Source: a candidate division WOR-3 bacterium
Lineage (GTDB): Bacteria > Hydrothermota > Hydrothermia > LBFQ01
NCBI GenBank assembly: GCA_027050205.1
Contig: JALUCS010000093.1
Location: 35,533 to 99,532 of the forward strand
Length of the DNA: 64,000 nt
Reading direction: 5' to 3'
A program made the translations under genes and the position numbers. Each line of letters begins with the position of its first letter. Position 1 is the first letter of the stretch. The notes beneath the pieces were generated by a model that saw nothing but the letters and a program-made list of their open reading frames with translations, was not told the origin of the DNA and made no database searches. Below are positions 28,340-38,552 of this stretch, piece after piece.

Positions 28340-29338
28340 GTGGAGCAGGACCTCCCGGAGGGCGAGAAAGGGGGAGCCTCCGCCGGAGGCTTCCATCTGG
28401 ATGGAGAGGAATAGGTAGAGGGCGTAGAGGGAGAGGAAGACCATCCCCCTCCTCCTGCCGAGGAGTTTCCCTCCGCCGGTTAGGGCGAAGAGGAGGAAGA
28501 GAAAAGTAGCAAACAGGAGGAAGAGGACGTCAAAGACCGCCCTCCTTGGCAGTGAGATGGGGTTTATGAGGGCGCTAAGGCCGAGGATCATAGCAACGTT
28601 GAAGATGTTGGAGCCGGAGACGTTGCCGAGGGCTATGTAGGGGTTGCCTCTAAGGGCGGCGAGGGTGGAGGTGACCAACTCCGGCAGGGAGGTGCCAACG
28701 GCCAGGACGAATAGGCCGACGAAGACCTCGCTTATGCCGAGATGATGGGCGAAGGAAACCGCCCCGTCCAAGGCCCACTCCGATCCGAAGGCCAGGGCTA
28801 CGCTGCCCCCGAACACCCTCAAGAGGGCCTTGGGAACCGTACCGTCTACACCCTCTACCTCCATCCCCTCCCCCTTGGAGCGGAAGATGGTGAGATAAAG
28901 GTAAATAGCGAAGAACAGGAGTAGGATGAGGCCCTCCGTACGGGATATGAGCAGACCACCGGAGCTTGGGAGGAGTACGAGGGTGACCAGGAGGAGGACG
29001 AGTAGGAGGTTGGCGGGAAGTTCCCTCTTTAGGATGAGGGCGTGGCTCTTTAAGGGGGAGACGAGGGCGGTTATACCGAGGATCAGGAGGATGTTGGCGA
29101 CGTTGGAGCCGACTATGTTTCCTACCGTTATCCCCGCCTCCCCCCTAAAACTGGCCAGAACGTTTATTACCAGCTCCGGCAGTGAGGTACCGAAGGCCAC
29201 CACCGTGAGACCCACCAACAACTCCGGCACCCTCAACCTCCGCGACAGGAAAACCGCACCGTCCAAGAGGTGATCCGCCCCCTTTATCACCACCGCCAAC
29301 CCCACGACCACCAAGAGGACGTCCTTCACCACCCCCAT
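28331..29338 (-). CDS. Calcium/sodium antiporter (YrbG/CaCA family)
   Basis: Two alpha repeats GTSLPEL, GNIVGSN and GNVSGSN. Confidence 0.95.
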   Translation of the reverse strand: MGVVKDVLLVVVGLAVVIKGADHLLDGAVFLSRRLRVPELLVGLTVVAFGTSLPELVINVLASFRGEAGITVGNIVGSNVANILLILGITALVSPLKSHALILKRELPANLLLVLLLVTLVLLPSSGGLLISRTEGLILLLFFAIYLYLTIFRSKGEGMEVEGVDGTVPKALLRVFGGSVALAFGSEWALDGAVSFAHHLGISEVFVGLFVLAVGTSLPELVTSTLAALRGNPYIALGNVSGSNIFNVAMILGLSALINPISLPRRAVFDVLFLLFATFLFLLFALTGGGKLLGRRRGMVFLSLYALYLFLSIQMEASGGGSPFLALREVLLHLL

Positions 29339-29378
29339 ACCAAAAGTGTAAATTCTAAATCCGAACGCCCCGGTGCGG

Positions 29379-31355
29379 CTACCTCACCACGACCTTGAGG
29401 AGCCTACCTCCCGCCCTTACGAAGTAGACCCCCGGACGCTTCAGGGTGTAGGAGTCCTTGAAGCGGGCCACCAACCTACCGGATGCATCGTAGAGGACGG
29501 CGGAGCCTTCCACCTCAACCGTACGGCCCACAACCCTAACCGAAGAAGGGGGAGTGGAGGGGCGGGCCTCGGCTACCGACGTCATCTCACCGCACGTGTG
29601 GCCCGTGGCCACCTTCAGGAGGGTGTTGTTCCGGTCGTTGAGACTTACGAAGAGGAAGATGGGATCGTCGGGGGAGGTGCATTCCGGCCATACGTCCATA
29701 CCCACGACGAGGGGGAGGGAGTCGGCCTCTAAGAGGGTCCCACCGTAGGAAACCCTGAATATCTGGCTGACGTGCATTCCCCCGTAATACACCTCGTTGA
29801 GGGGCTTGAAGACGGAGATGTCTAGGAGCGTCCCCCCGGAGGCGTTGGGGAAGGTGCCGACCGTGTCTTTGGCGGCTACGTCTATCTTGTAGATGGAGTT
29901 GGACCCCTGTCCGTAAACTCCCCAGAGCAGCCCCGTGGATGCGTCCCAGTCCATACCGGCCATGTAGCCGCCGCTCTCAACGTTGGACCATACGTCAAGA
30001 CTGTCTACGAGGTTGCCGTTGCTGTCGTAGTATCCTATCACGCTCCCCGTGATGGAGGAGCCATCGTATCCGAAGTGGGAGACGTAGAAGCGGCCGTTCC
30101 CGTAGGCTATGCCCCAAGCGTAGTCGTCCCCGCCGAAGAAGGGATGGAGGCCCAGAGAGGACAGGTCCAAGGTGCCTGACGGGTCGTCGGGGTCAAAGGT
30201 CAAGACACCCCTCGGATTGAGGGAGACGACGTAGAAGTTGCCACTGTCCGGGACGTAGGTCATACCGGCGAAGCTGTATCCGCTCCCATCCCCTATATCG
30301 GGGAACTGCCACCTCCTTACCACCTCTCCGAAGAGGTAAACGGTGCGCACATAGGTTGAGGCCGTATCGTTGTAATGCACCGTATCCGCCGGCTCTACAG
30401 CCATTACCTCCACCCTATAGACCTTACTTGGCGAAGGGGTGAAGGGGTCAAAGGTCACCTCAACGGTGGAGGTCTCCGGTATGGCTACAGTCTGGGTATC
30501 GCTGAAGGCCAGGGTTGAGGAGGAGGTGTCGTAGACGTTCAGGATCACTGCCGTGGAGGTCGTGGGGACGAGTCCGCCGTTTTCCACCGTCGCCCTAAAG
30601 GATATGGGGGCAACATCTATGGGACCCGAAGGGGAGACCTCCAAGGCCCCTACGTTGTAGTCTATGGGGACGGGGTAGTAGAACATAATAACGGTACCGC
30701 TGTCGGGGATGTGGGAAGACGGGTTCCCGTTATAGACGTACTCCATATAGTAATCGTTGAGGGTGTCGGCTCCGGAGTTCTGGATACCTACGGTGGCGTC
30801 CCCGTAATCTACGGCGGAGTTGTACTGGAGCTTTATGTTCCCGTTGTCGTAGAGGATCACCTCAAAGTTCATCAACAGGCTCCCTCCAAACCTCGGTACG
30901 TTGTGCCACTCAACTACGGCGCAGGCTCCGGAGTACCCGTCGGGACAGGAGGAGAAGGACTGGAAGTATATGTCGTCAGCCCCAGAGCCGTTGGGGTTGA
31001 GGTCGTTCCACAGGGCAGCGATGAAACCGGCAGACGTGGAGGTGTAGGGTAGGGCGTAGTTGGAAAAGCCAAGGTATGTGCTTAAGTCCCGCAGGATCAC
31101 GGTTCCGTTGGAACATATGGAAATGGAGTCCGTTACCCCATCGTAGAAGGGGAAGGAGAAGCCGAGGTAGTAGAGTCTTGAAGCCGAGTACCCCGAACAC
31201 CAGTCGTCGGTAGCCCCCGTAGGGGTACCGGTGGTTGAGATCTCTATCCAGTTCATCACTACGGAGTCTCCGTCCTGCGTGGACCTGTACCTGTAGCCGT
31301 ACCCGTCCGGTCCGCCTGCGAGGGGTGTTATCCCTGCAAAGATAACGTTTAGCAT
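29379..31355 (-). CDS. Secreted multidomain protein (NIDO-like, CARDB-like, beta-propeller) with T9SS-like C-terminal tag
   Basis: GGPDGYGY, FSFPFY, IAALWNDL, VENGG; C-terminal LYDASGRLV...PGVYFVR; ATG 31355 lies 8 nt after TAAAAT. Confidence 0.7.
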   Translation of the reverse strand: MLNVIFAGITPLAGGPDGYGYRYRSTQDGDSVVMNWIEISTTGTPTGATDDWCSGYSASRLYYLGFSFPFYDGVTDSISICSNGTVILRDLSTYLGFSNYALPYTSTSAGFIAALWNDLNPNGSGADDIYFQSFSSCPDGYSGACAVVEWHNVPRFGGSLLMNFEVILYDNGNIKLQYNSAVDYGDATVGIQNSGADTLNDYYMEYVYNGNPSSHIPDSGTVIMFYYPVPIDYNVGALEVSPSGPIDVAPISFRATVENGGLVPTTSTAVILNVYDTSSSTLAFSDTQTVAIPETSTVEVTFDPFTPSPSKVYRVEVMAVEPADTVHYNDTASTYVRTVYLFGEVVRRWQFPDIGDGSGYSFAGMTYVPDSGNFYVVSLNPRGVLTFDPDDPSGTLDLSSLGLHPFFGGDDYAWGIAYGNGRFYVSHFGYDGSSITGSVIGYYDSNGNLVDSLDVWSNVESGGYMAGMDWDASTGLLWGVYGQGSNSIYKIDVAAKDTVGTFPNASGGTLLDISVFKPLNEVYYGGMHVSQIFRVSYGGTLLEADSLPLVVGMDVWPECTSPDDPIFLFVSLNDRNNTLLKVATGHTCGEMTSVAEARPSTPPSSVRVVGRTVEVEGSAVLYDASGRLVARFKDSYTLKRPGVYFVRAGGRLLKVVVR

Positions 31356-31422
31356 GACCCAGAATTTTAAACCGGATGTCGGAACTTTTGGCCGGGTGTA
31401 GCGGCTGTAAAATTTTCTCTCT

Positions 31423-31941
31423 ATGAGTGTAGTTGTGGGCATAGCTCTATTTACCTTTCTAGGGATGGTCCTCTACGTCGCCGGTACGGTCGCTGGCATC
31501 GTACTCCCCGTACTCTCCGACCTCCCCGAGTACAGCAGCAGCGACTACTCCTGCAATGAGGTAGATACGGTCGTTGTGGATACGGAGGCGAAGAGGATAA
31601 AACTGACCGACAGGTGCTACTACGTTAAGGTCGACGCCCCGGTAGGGAGGATGAACGTATCCGTCGGGACGGTGGAGGTGGGCAGTGAGGTGGGCCATCT
31701 GGAGATATACGTAGGGAACGTAATAAACAGGGGACGCATAGACACGCTGCGTTTGAGCGTGGGAGACGTAAAAAACGAGGGGAATATCGGGTTCCTAAAG
31801 GTTAGCATAGGGGACGTGGATAACGGGGGGACCTTAGGCTCCGTAGAGGTCGGGATAGGGGACGTCCGAGGGAACGGGAAGATAAAAGGAGAGGTCTCCA
31901 TCGGGATAGGGGATCTGGAGCGGGCCGAAGGACAGGATTAG
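31423..31941 (+). CDS. Hypothetical membrane-anchored protein with beta-solenoid repeats
   Basis: N-terminal TM, about 7 repeats of roughly 16 aa (L.VS.GDV.N.G.I). Confidence 0.6.
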   Translation: MSVVVGIALFTFLGMVLYVAGTVAGIVLPVLSDLPEYSSSDYSCNEVDTVVVDTEAKRIKLTDRCYYVKVDAPVGRMNVSVGTVEVGSEVGHLEIYVGNVINRGRIDTLRLSVGDVKNEGNIGFLKVSIGDVDNGGTLGSVEVGIGDVRGNGKIKGEVSIGIGDLERAEGQD

Positions 31942-31951
31942 AATACCAACT

Positions 31952-32260
31952 ATGAAGGACGTAGATGCCAAGCAGTTCTGGGAGGAGGTAAAGGATGGGA
32001 CGGTGGTAGTAGACCTTTGGGCGGACTGGTGCCGTCCCTGCAAGGCGATAGAGCCTTACCTCTACGAGCTTGCCAAGGTCTATACGGACGTTAAGTTCAT
32101 CCGCTTGAACACGGACGAGAATCCGGAGGTTCCGATGGAGTTGGGGGTCGTGAGCATCCCGACTATCCTCTTCTTCAAGGACGGCAAGGAGGTGAAGCGG
32201 ATAGTTGGAGCCAAGCCCAAGCACGTGTATAAGAAGGCGTTGGAGGAGGTGAGGGGATAG
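31952..32260 (+). CDS. trxA: Thioredoxin
   Basis: VDLWADWCRPCK, SIPTILFFKDG. Confidence 0.92.
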   Translation: MKDVDAKQFWEEVKDGTVVVDLWADWCRPCKAIEPYLYELAKVYTDVKFIRLNTDENPEVPMELGVVSIPTILFFKDGKEVKRIVGAKPKHVYKKALEEVRG

Positions 32261-32389
32261 GCCGTCGGAGGTTGGTATTTGGCTGATAGGGAGATGTATT
32301 CCCCAATGTAAGGAGTTTTTCGTACTGCATATGCCAGAACGATTTCCGTTTAAAGGTGGGGCGTATTACTTGATGCGGTCCAAGATTTG

Positions 32390-32437
32390 GGGATTCTACT
32401 AATAGAATGGCGATTGCCCCGCAGTCTCATCAAACGG
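32390..32437 (+). repeat. 48-bp dispersed repeat (motif D), copy 2
   Basis: 39/48 identical to 1066-1113. Confidence 0.8.
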
Positions 32438-32682
32438 GAAAATAAAGGAATTTTGGAATTCTTCGGAGATATTTGCAGAATTTTAGGCAACTTAATAGCA
32501 ATAACCGCATATTTTCACAAATTTACGAGGCATTTCCATATCTTATACATTTTTCCTGATGACTCAAAAATTCAGAAGTTCTACGAGACTATGCGGACGG
32601 TGGATTACCCCCTCTATCGGCTTAATACCGGTGGGCCATCTCCCAGCAGTGTAATCCACATTTGAAGACAATTCCTGATCGC

Positions 32683-33303
32683 TTACCTCCCCTTTTTCCC
32701 GTACTTGTAGTAATAGTACGTATCCCTGTAGGGATGTGAGGGGTCCTCTTCCAAGGCGTCCTTGAGATCGGAGAAGGGTGAGGGTGTCGTGGTGAAGATG
32801 TCCAACGTTCTTTCCCTATCATCGCCGTAGAAGAGGTAGTAGGAGTGTTTGTATATCTTCCGCCCATCTATCTCATCAACAACGGCCGACTTTATGTAGA
32901 ATATCTGGGAGAGGTTTATGTGGAGAATGTTTCCATCCAACAGCTCCGCCTTTATCCACCCTTTCCTTTTCATCGCTTCAACCTCCTCCTTTGTTGGGTG
33001 TTTTATTGGGGATATACGACCACTTTTTGTAAATTTTTCGTACTTTTCCCTATAATCCTCAAAATAATGAATCTTCACTTCAGCGTTGTTCATGTCGTAA
33101 AGCGGGTACGGGCATACCGTCATAACCTCTACGAAGTACATATCAATGAAATACGAGTGGTAGGGGTAGTATCTGTGTTTCCACACGTTTAGATCGCCGA
33201 TTTTACCAATCACAAACGAATCCACATAGACGATCGTATTGAGGCCTATATATGAAACCTCTCCATCAATTCCTCTTATCTCTATCAGGTCCTCGCCCTT
33301 CAC
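32683..33303 (-). CDS. Hypothetical protein, lower GC, two tandem homologous domains
   Basis: Internal duplication; GTG lies 7 nt after TAAAAT. Confidence 0.65.
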   Translation of the reverse strand: MKGEDLIEIRGIDGEVSYIGLNTIVYVDSFVIGKIGDLNVWKHRYYPYHSYFIDMYFVEVMTVCPYPLYDMNNAEVKIHYFEDYREKYEKFTKSGRISPIKHPTKEEVEAMKRKGWIKAELLDGNILHINLSQIFYIKSAVVDEIDGRKIYKHSYYLFYGDDRERTLDIFTTTPSPFSDLKDALEEDPSHPYRDTYYYYKYGKKGR

Positions 33304-33405
33304 GTCCTCTATTTTAAGGGTGCCATCGCAACGGGGCCGTAGCCGCCCACCGAATCCTCGTTGAGCCTACCCAACCGGTACGATCCGACAGTAGAATAGA
33401 CGACT

Positions 33406-34278
33406 ATGGCCATACTTCTAACCAAGGACAACCGCGTCATCGTCCAAGGGATAACCGGCAGGGACGGCTCCTTCCACACCAAGCTGATGTTAGAGTACGG
33501 CACCAACATCGTGGGTGGCGTCACCCCCGGAAAGGGTGGGCAAGAGGTCCACGGCGTCCCCGTCTTCAACACCGTTAAGGAGGCCGTCAAGGAGACCGGG
33601 GCGGACACCAGCATAATCTTCGTGCCAGCGAAGTTCGCCGCCGATGCTATGATGGAGGCTATAGACGCCGGCATAAAGCTCGTGGTCACCATAACCGAGG
33701 GCATCCCCGTAAACGACGTTATGAAGGCCAAGCTCTTCGCCGAGGAGAGGGGCGCCCGGATAATAGGACCCAACTGCCCCGGCCTCATCACCCCCGGTCA
33801 GGCCAAGGTGGGTATAATGCCCGGTCATATCTTCAAGGAGGGGGGTGTCGGGGTCGTATCCCGCAGCGGTACCCTCACCTACGAGATAGTCTCCCACCTG
33901 ACGGCCAACGGCTTCGGCCAGAGTACGGCCATCGGTATAGGTGGGGACCCCATCATCGGGACCAAGTTCATAGATGCCCTTAGGCTCTTCAAGGACGACC
34001 CCCAGACCGAGGCCGTGGTCCTGATAGGGGAGATAGGGGGTACGGACGAGCAGGATGCCGCCGATTACATAGCCAAGGAGTTCAACAAGCCCGTGGTGGC
34101 CTTCATCGCCGGCCGCACCGCCCCCAAGGAGAAGAGGATGGGCCACGCCGGCGCCATAATAATGGGGTCCGAAGGGACCTACGAGGAGAAGAGAAAGAAG
34201 TTTGAGAGCGTGGGCGTACCCGTCGCCGATCTTCCGGAGGAGGTGCCGAAGCTCCTCAAAGACCTCCTGAAGAGGTGA
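33406..34278 (+). CDS. sucD: Succinyl-CoA synthetase alpha subunit
   Basis: [38 protein letters not shown]. Confidence 0.97.
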   Translation: MAILLTKDNRVIVQGITGRDGSFHTKLMLEYGTNIVGGVTPGKGGQEVHGVPVFNTVKEAVKETGADTSIIFVPAKFAADAMMEAIDAGIKLVVTITEGIPVNDVMKAKLFAEERGARIIGPNCPGLITPGQAKVGIMPGHIFKEGGVGVVSRSGTLTYEIVSHLTANGFGQSTAIGIGGDPIIGTKFIDALRLFKDDPQTEAVVLIGEIGGTDEQDAADYIAKEFNKPVVAFIAGRTAPKEKRMGHAGAIIMGSEGTYEEKRKKFESVGVPVADLPEEVPKLLKDLLKR

Positions 34279-34324
34279 GCGGTAGGGGAGGGCCTCCGTC
34301 CTCCCCCGTTATACTACCCTCCTA

Positions 34325-35698
34325 ATGAAGTTCTACCCAGCGATAGGGCTTGAGGTCCATATAGAGCTGAAAACGAAGAGCAAGATGTTCTGCTCCTGTC
34401 CGGTGGGGGAGTGGGAGGAGCCGAATACGGCAGTCTGCCCGGTCTGTATGGGACACCCCGGAACCCTCCCCGTACCCAACAGGGGGGCGGTGGTCTTCGC
34501 CGTCGCCCTCGGCCTATCTTTGGACGGTGAAATCTCCCGCGTCTCCCAGTTCTACCGGAAGAACTACTTCTACCCCGACCTACCCAAGGGGTACCAGATA
34601 ACCCAGTACTCCGTCCCCATAGTAAGGGACGCCAACCTCTTCGGCGTCCGGATAGAGCGGATAAACCTTGAGGAGGAGACCGCCAAGTCCCTCCATATGG
34701 AGGACGGGAGCGTCCTCCTGGACTTCAACCGGGCGGGTATCCCGCTCCTTGAGATCGTCTCCGCCCCGGACATAAGGGAGCCGGAGGAGGCCAAACGGTA
34801 CCTCGTAGCCCTCCAATCGCTGGTCAGGTTCCTCGGTATATCCGACGCCCACCTGGAAAAGGGGCAGATGAGGGTGGACGTCAACGTCTCCGTATCGCCG
34901 GACCCGGAGCGTCTCGGCACCAAGGTTGAGATAAAGAACCTCAACTCCTTCAAGGCCGTAGCCGACGCCATCCGGTACGAGATAAGGCGTCAGAGTGAGG
35001 TCCTCGCCTCCGGGGGTGAGATCCGCCACGAGACCCGTATGTGGGACGGGAAGAGGACGGCCGTAATGAGGGTGAAGGAGACGGAGAGCGACTATCGCTA
35101 CTTCCCGGAGCCGGACATCCCACCCCTATACGTGGATGAGAGCATATTGAAGGAGGCGGAGGGTATGTTGGTGGAGTTGCCTTGGGAGAGGCAGAGGAGG
35201 TACGAGGAGGAAGGGGTACCCTCCCATTTGGCCGGTGTTATAGCATACGATAGGGACCTGACCGAGGCCTACGAGAGGGTTAAGGCCATAGACCCGAAGC
35301 TGACGGCCGACCTGCTCCTGAACGTCGTCCTCGGCAAGTTGAACAAGGCCGGGAAGTCCTTAAAAGAGTTTGATATAGACGGATTCGGAGACTTCGTAAG
35401 GGCCTTCAAGGAGGGCAAGTTCGTAAGGGACTACCTCAAGGAGGGGATAGAGAGGCACATAAGCGAGGGGTGGCCTTTCGCAAAGGTGATAGAGGACGCC
35501 CCCAAGGTGGAGAGGGTGGATATAAGGCCCTTCGTTGAGGACCTGATAAGGAACAACCCGAAGGAGGTTGAAAAGTACCGGAAAGGGCAGAAGGGGGTCA
35601 TAGGTTTCTTCGTCGGTCAGGTTATGAGGAGATACAGGGGGAAGGTAGACCCGCGGGAGGTCCGTAAGGTGGTGGAGGAGATGTTGGAGGGGGGATAG
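34325..35698 (+). CDS. gatB: Asp/Glu-tRNA amidotransferase subunit B
   Basis: IGLEVH, RKNYFYPDLPKGYQITQ, DFNRAG.PL.EIV, DYRYFPEPD. Confidence 0.97.
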   Translation: MKFYPAIGLEVHIELKTKSKMFCSCPVGEWEEPNTAVCPVCMGHPGTLPVPNRGAVVFAVALGLSLDGEISRVSQFYRKNYFYPDLPKGYQITQYSVPIVRDANLFGVRIERINLEEETAKSLHMEDGSVLLDFNRAGIPLLEIVSAPDIREPEEAKRYLVALQSLVRFLGISDAHLEKGQMRVDVNVSVSPDPERLGTKVEIKNLNSFKAVADAIRYEIRRQSEVLASGGEIRHETRMWDGKRTAVMRVKETESDYRYFPEPDIPPLYVDESILKEAEGMLVELPWERQRRYEEEGVPSHLAGVIAYDRDLTEAYERVKAIDPKLTADLLLNVVLGKLNKAGKSLKEFDIDGFGDFVRAFKEGKFVRDYLKEGIERHISEGWPFAKVIEDAPKVERVDIRPFVEDLIRNNPKEVEKYRKGQKGVIGFFVGQVMRRYRGKVDPREVRKVVEEMLEGG

Positions 35699-35770
35699 CA
35701 CCTCCTAAACTCAATAGTACTTAACTTTATAGTGCAAAAAGTGTAAGTTTCCGGGATATACTACCCACTT

Positions 35771-37732
35771 ATGATGACGATTCTGCTCTTAACGCAGGAG
35801 ATAAGGATAGATACCACCTACATCTACAAGGGGAAACCCGTGGTCGTAATAGGGGAGGAGAAACGCTGGACGGAGGAGATGACCTACACCAAGACCTCCC
35901 CCTTCCGCATCCTTGAGAGGAACGGCATAGACATCATAAGGAAGGGGCCAGCGTTCAGCGCCGACGTCTACGTCTCCGGTTTCAAGGGCCACGACGTACC
36001 CGTCAGCATAGACGGTGAGAGGTTCTACAACGCCTGCCCCAACAGGATGGACGCCCCGACTGTGCGCATAAATCCCCTTGAAGTCTCCGTGATGCAGGTA
36101 AAGACCACCTCCACGTCCAACTTCACCGGTCTGGGGGGCGGCGTGATAGTGCATCGCCGTGTCCCTCCCAAGAAGCCTACCTTGAGGGCCTTCCTGATGG
36201 GAAACGCCCTCGCCTCCACCGGTGGGGATGCCGGAGTTTCACTTGAGGGGTTCAACCAGGGTCTCTATCTCCGCTTCACCCAGAGTACTCCCTACACCAC
36301 GGGTACCAACTACAAAGATGAGCGCTACAAGGGTGTTGCCGGAAAGAGCATAACGGAAGTCTACCCCTACATCCCGGACAGCTTCGCCGGTGCCAACAAC
36401 CTCTCCTACCGCGTCGTGGAGGCCACCTTCAACGGCAGGGCCATGGAGGGGCTTCTGGACTACGGCCTCCTGGCCAACTACTACGGTAAGGTCCTCTTCC
36501 CCTACCTCCTGATGGACGAGATCTACAGTAAGCAGATAGGGGGCCACGTCGCCTACATGGGCCACAAGGTCTACTTCAACACCCTCCACCACTATATGAC
36601 CAACGAGCTGCGTAAGTCCCTCGGTATGATGTTTATGAGTACGGACGCCTACGTCCTTAATGCCGGTATCACCAACCCCAACTTCCCCCTCTTCGGCTAC
36701 GAGGTCTTCTACAGGAAGTGGTGGGCCTACAACAAGATAAAGCCCAAGATGATGCCTGATACCATAAAGAACCACATGCTCCCCAACCTCCAGGTAGCCC
36801 AGGCCGACCTGAACCGTACCTTCACCTTTGAGGGTATCCCCGGCCTCTCCCTCTCCCTAAAGGGAGGTCTAGCTTACTACTTCATATCCCCCGACGAGAA
36901 CTACGACCCTGCGGTTATGATGAAGCTCAAGGCCGTAGACCCCAACGCCAAGAAGGGTAAGCCCTTCCCCATCTTCAACCTCGTGAGCCGCTACAACCTC
37001 TCCACAGCCCTGGCGGGTGTGTTTGAGCTGGCGGCGGAACCTCCGGACCCGGAGTACGTCTATATAAACGTCAAGAAGCCTATGGGCAAGCCCTGGTGGG
37101 TGGGGAACTACTCCCTGAAGTGCGGTAAGAAGGTGGGCGGCCGCTTAGAGCTTACCCCCACGCTCGGTGATTACGGACTCAACCTCAACTTTGACCTCTA
37201 CTCCTACTTCGTTAAGGACCAGAGCTACCTGACGAAAGTCAAGAGGGAGATAAACATGAACGGTACGCCTACGACGGTCGTCATCCAGACCTACAAGAAC
37301 GTAGACGAGGTCCTCGCTGGGTACAGGTTCAGGCTAAGCTGGAGGGAGATGGTGGCCCTGACCTCCACCTACACCTACGCCCAGAACCTGACGGACAAGG
37401 TCCCCTTCGCCGAGACCCCGCCCCTGATGGTGGGTCTGGACCTCTCCACCCCCAGGCTCTACGGCTTCAAGGCTGGTCTCTCCTTCATATGGAACGACGC
37501 CCAGACCCGCGTGGACACCATCCTAAACGAGAAGCCCACGACCTCGTGGTGGAGGAGCGACCTGTCCCTTGAGTACTCCTACAGGAACTTCACCGCCAAA
37601 CTGGAGATAGACAACCTGACCGATAACCTCTACTACCGCCACCTCTCCTACATGCGCAATCCCTTCGCCTCCGGCATGCCCGTCTACGAGCCGGGTCGCA
37701 CCTTGAGGCTGACCGTTTCTTACGGAATGTAA
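35771..37732 (+). CDS. TonB-dependent receptor, OprC-like (putative copper)
   Basis: ACPNRMD CxxxM plug motif, Met-rich loops, DNLTDNLYYRHLS, EPGRTLRL C-terminus. Confidence 0.85.
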   Translation: MMTILLLTQEIRIDTTYIYKGKPVVVIGEEKRWTEEMTYTKTSPFRILERNGIDIIRKGPAFSADVYVSGFKGHDVPVSIDGERFYNACPNRMDAPTVRINPLEVSVMQVKTTSTSNFTGLGGGVIVHRRVPPKKPTLRAFLMGNALASTGGDAGVSLEGFNQGLYLRFTQSTPYTTGTNYKDERYKGVAGKSITEVYPYIPDSFAGANNLSYRVVEATFNGRAMEGLLDYGLLANYYGKVLFPYLLMDEIYSKQIGGHVAYMGHKVYFNTLHHYMTNELRKSLGMMFMSTDAYVLNAGITNPNFPLFGYEVFYRKWWAYNKIKPKMMPDTIKNHMLPNLQVAQADLNRTFTFEGIPGLSLSLKGGLAYYFISPDENYDPAVMMKLKAVDPNAKKGKPFPIFNLVSRYNLSTALAGVFELAAEPPDPEYVYINVKKPMGKPWWVGNYSLKCGKKVGGRLELTPTLGDYGLNLNFDLYSYFVKDQSYLTKVKREINMNGTPTTVVIQTYKNVDEVLAGYRFRLSWREMVALTSTYTYAQNLTDKVPFAETPPLMVGLDLSTPRLYGFKAGLSFIWNDAQTRVDTILNEKPTTSWWRSDLSLEYSYRNFTAKLEIDNLTDNLYYRHLSYMRNPFASGMPVYEPGRTLRLTVSYGM

Positions 37733-37759
37733 AAGAGGAGAATCAGGGTACGCCTTTTG

Positions 37760-37788
37760 GCCCCGTCCATGGAAGGGCGGGGCTTTTT
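37760..37788 (+). terminator. Intrinsic terminator
   Basis: GCCCCGTCC-ATGGAA-GGGCGGGGC-TTTTT. Confidence 0.85.
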
Positions 37789-37791
37789 CTT

Positions 37792-38508
37792 TCAGTACCC
37801 CCTCCTCTCAATCCACACCCCACCGAGCAGCAGTAATACGAGGGAGATTAGGAAACGGAGGCCATCGTTTAGGAGCTGGACGTCTAAGACCCTACGCAGG
37901 TCCGAGGGGTCGGATACCCCGGTAGCCTTAGCACCGAATATGGGGGATAGGTCTATCCAGCCCAATGCCCAAACTATAACCACGAGGAGCAGGATGGCTA
38001 TGAACCACTTAAAGGGCATATCCTTAACGAGGGCGGCCGCCACCATTCCAGAGGTCAGGGTCAGGAGGATACGGAGATATCCGGAAAGGGCCAACTTCAG
38101 GGCATCCCCGGTGTTTATAAAACTCCCTAACGAGGCCACGTTCGTATCCGTGGTCATTTTGGAGATGATATAGGCGGCCAGTGCAAAGATAGCGAAATAA
38201 ACCGTAGCCTGTAGAACGAGCCAGACCTCCTTGGAGAGGAGCAGGAGGGTGCGGTTGACGGGGAGGGAGTTGACGAACTCGTATATCCTACCCTCCCTCT
38301 CCGAGAAGTAGGTAGCTACGCCGGCGAAGATGGACCAGATGAATACCCCCGCACCGCCGAGGAGGAGGAAGAGGAAACCGACGTCGTTCTTTCTTTGGAC
38401 GTTGTAGATGGCGATGGCCATAAATATGGTAATGACAGCCGTATTAGTGAGAAACCATCCCATAGAGAGACGCACATCCTTTTCAAAAAGGGTCCAAAAC
38501 CTTTTCAT
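37792..38508 (-). CDS. ABC-2 type permease-like membrane protein
   Basis: LFEKD, FSEREG...SLPVNR..LLLSK; 6 TM; ATG 38508 lies 6 nt after TATAAT. Confidence 0.75.
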   Translation of the reverse strand: MKRFWTLFEKDVRLSMGWFLTNTAVITIFMAIAIYNVQRKNDVGFLFLLLGGAGVFIWSIFAGVATYFSEREGRIYEFVNSLPVNRTLLLLSKEVWLVLQATVYFAIFALAAYIISKMTTDTNVASLGSFINTGDALKLALSGYLRILLTLTSGMVAAALVKDMPFKWFIAILLLVVIVWALGWIDLSPIFGAKATGVSDPSDLRRVLDVQLLNDGLRFLISLVLLLLGGVWIERRGY

Positions 38509-38552
38509 CCTGAAATTATACCCTCGGGGGGTGTGCGGCCCCCCGAAAAGAC

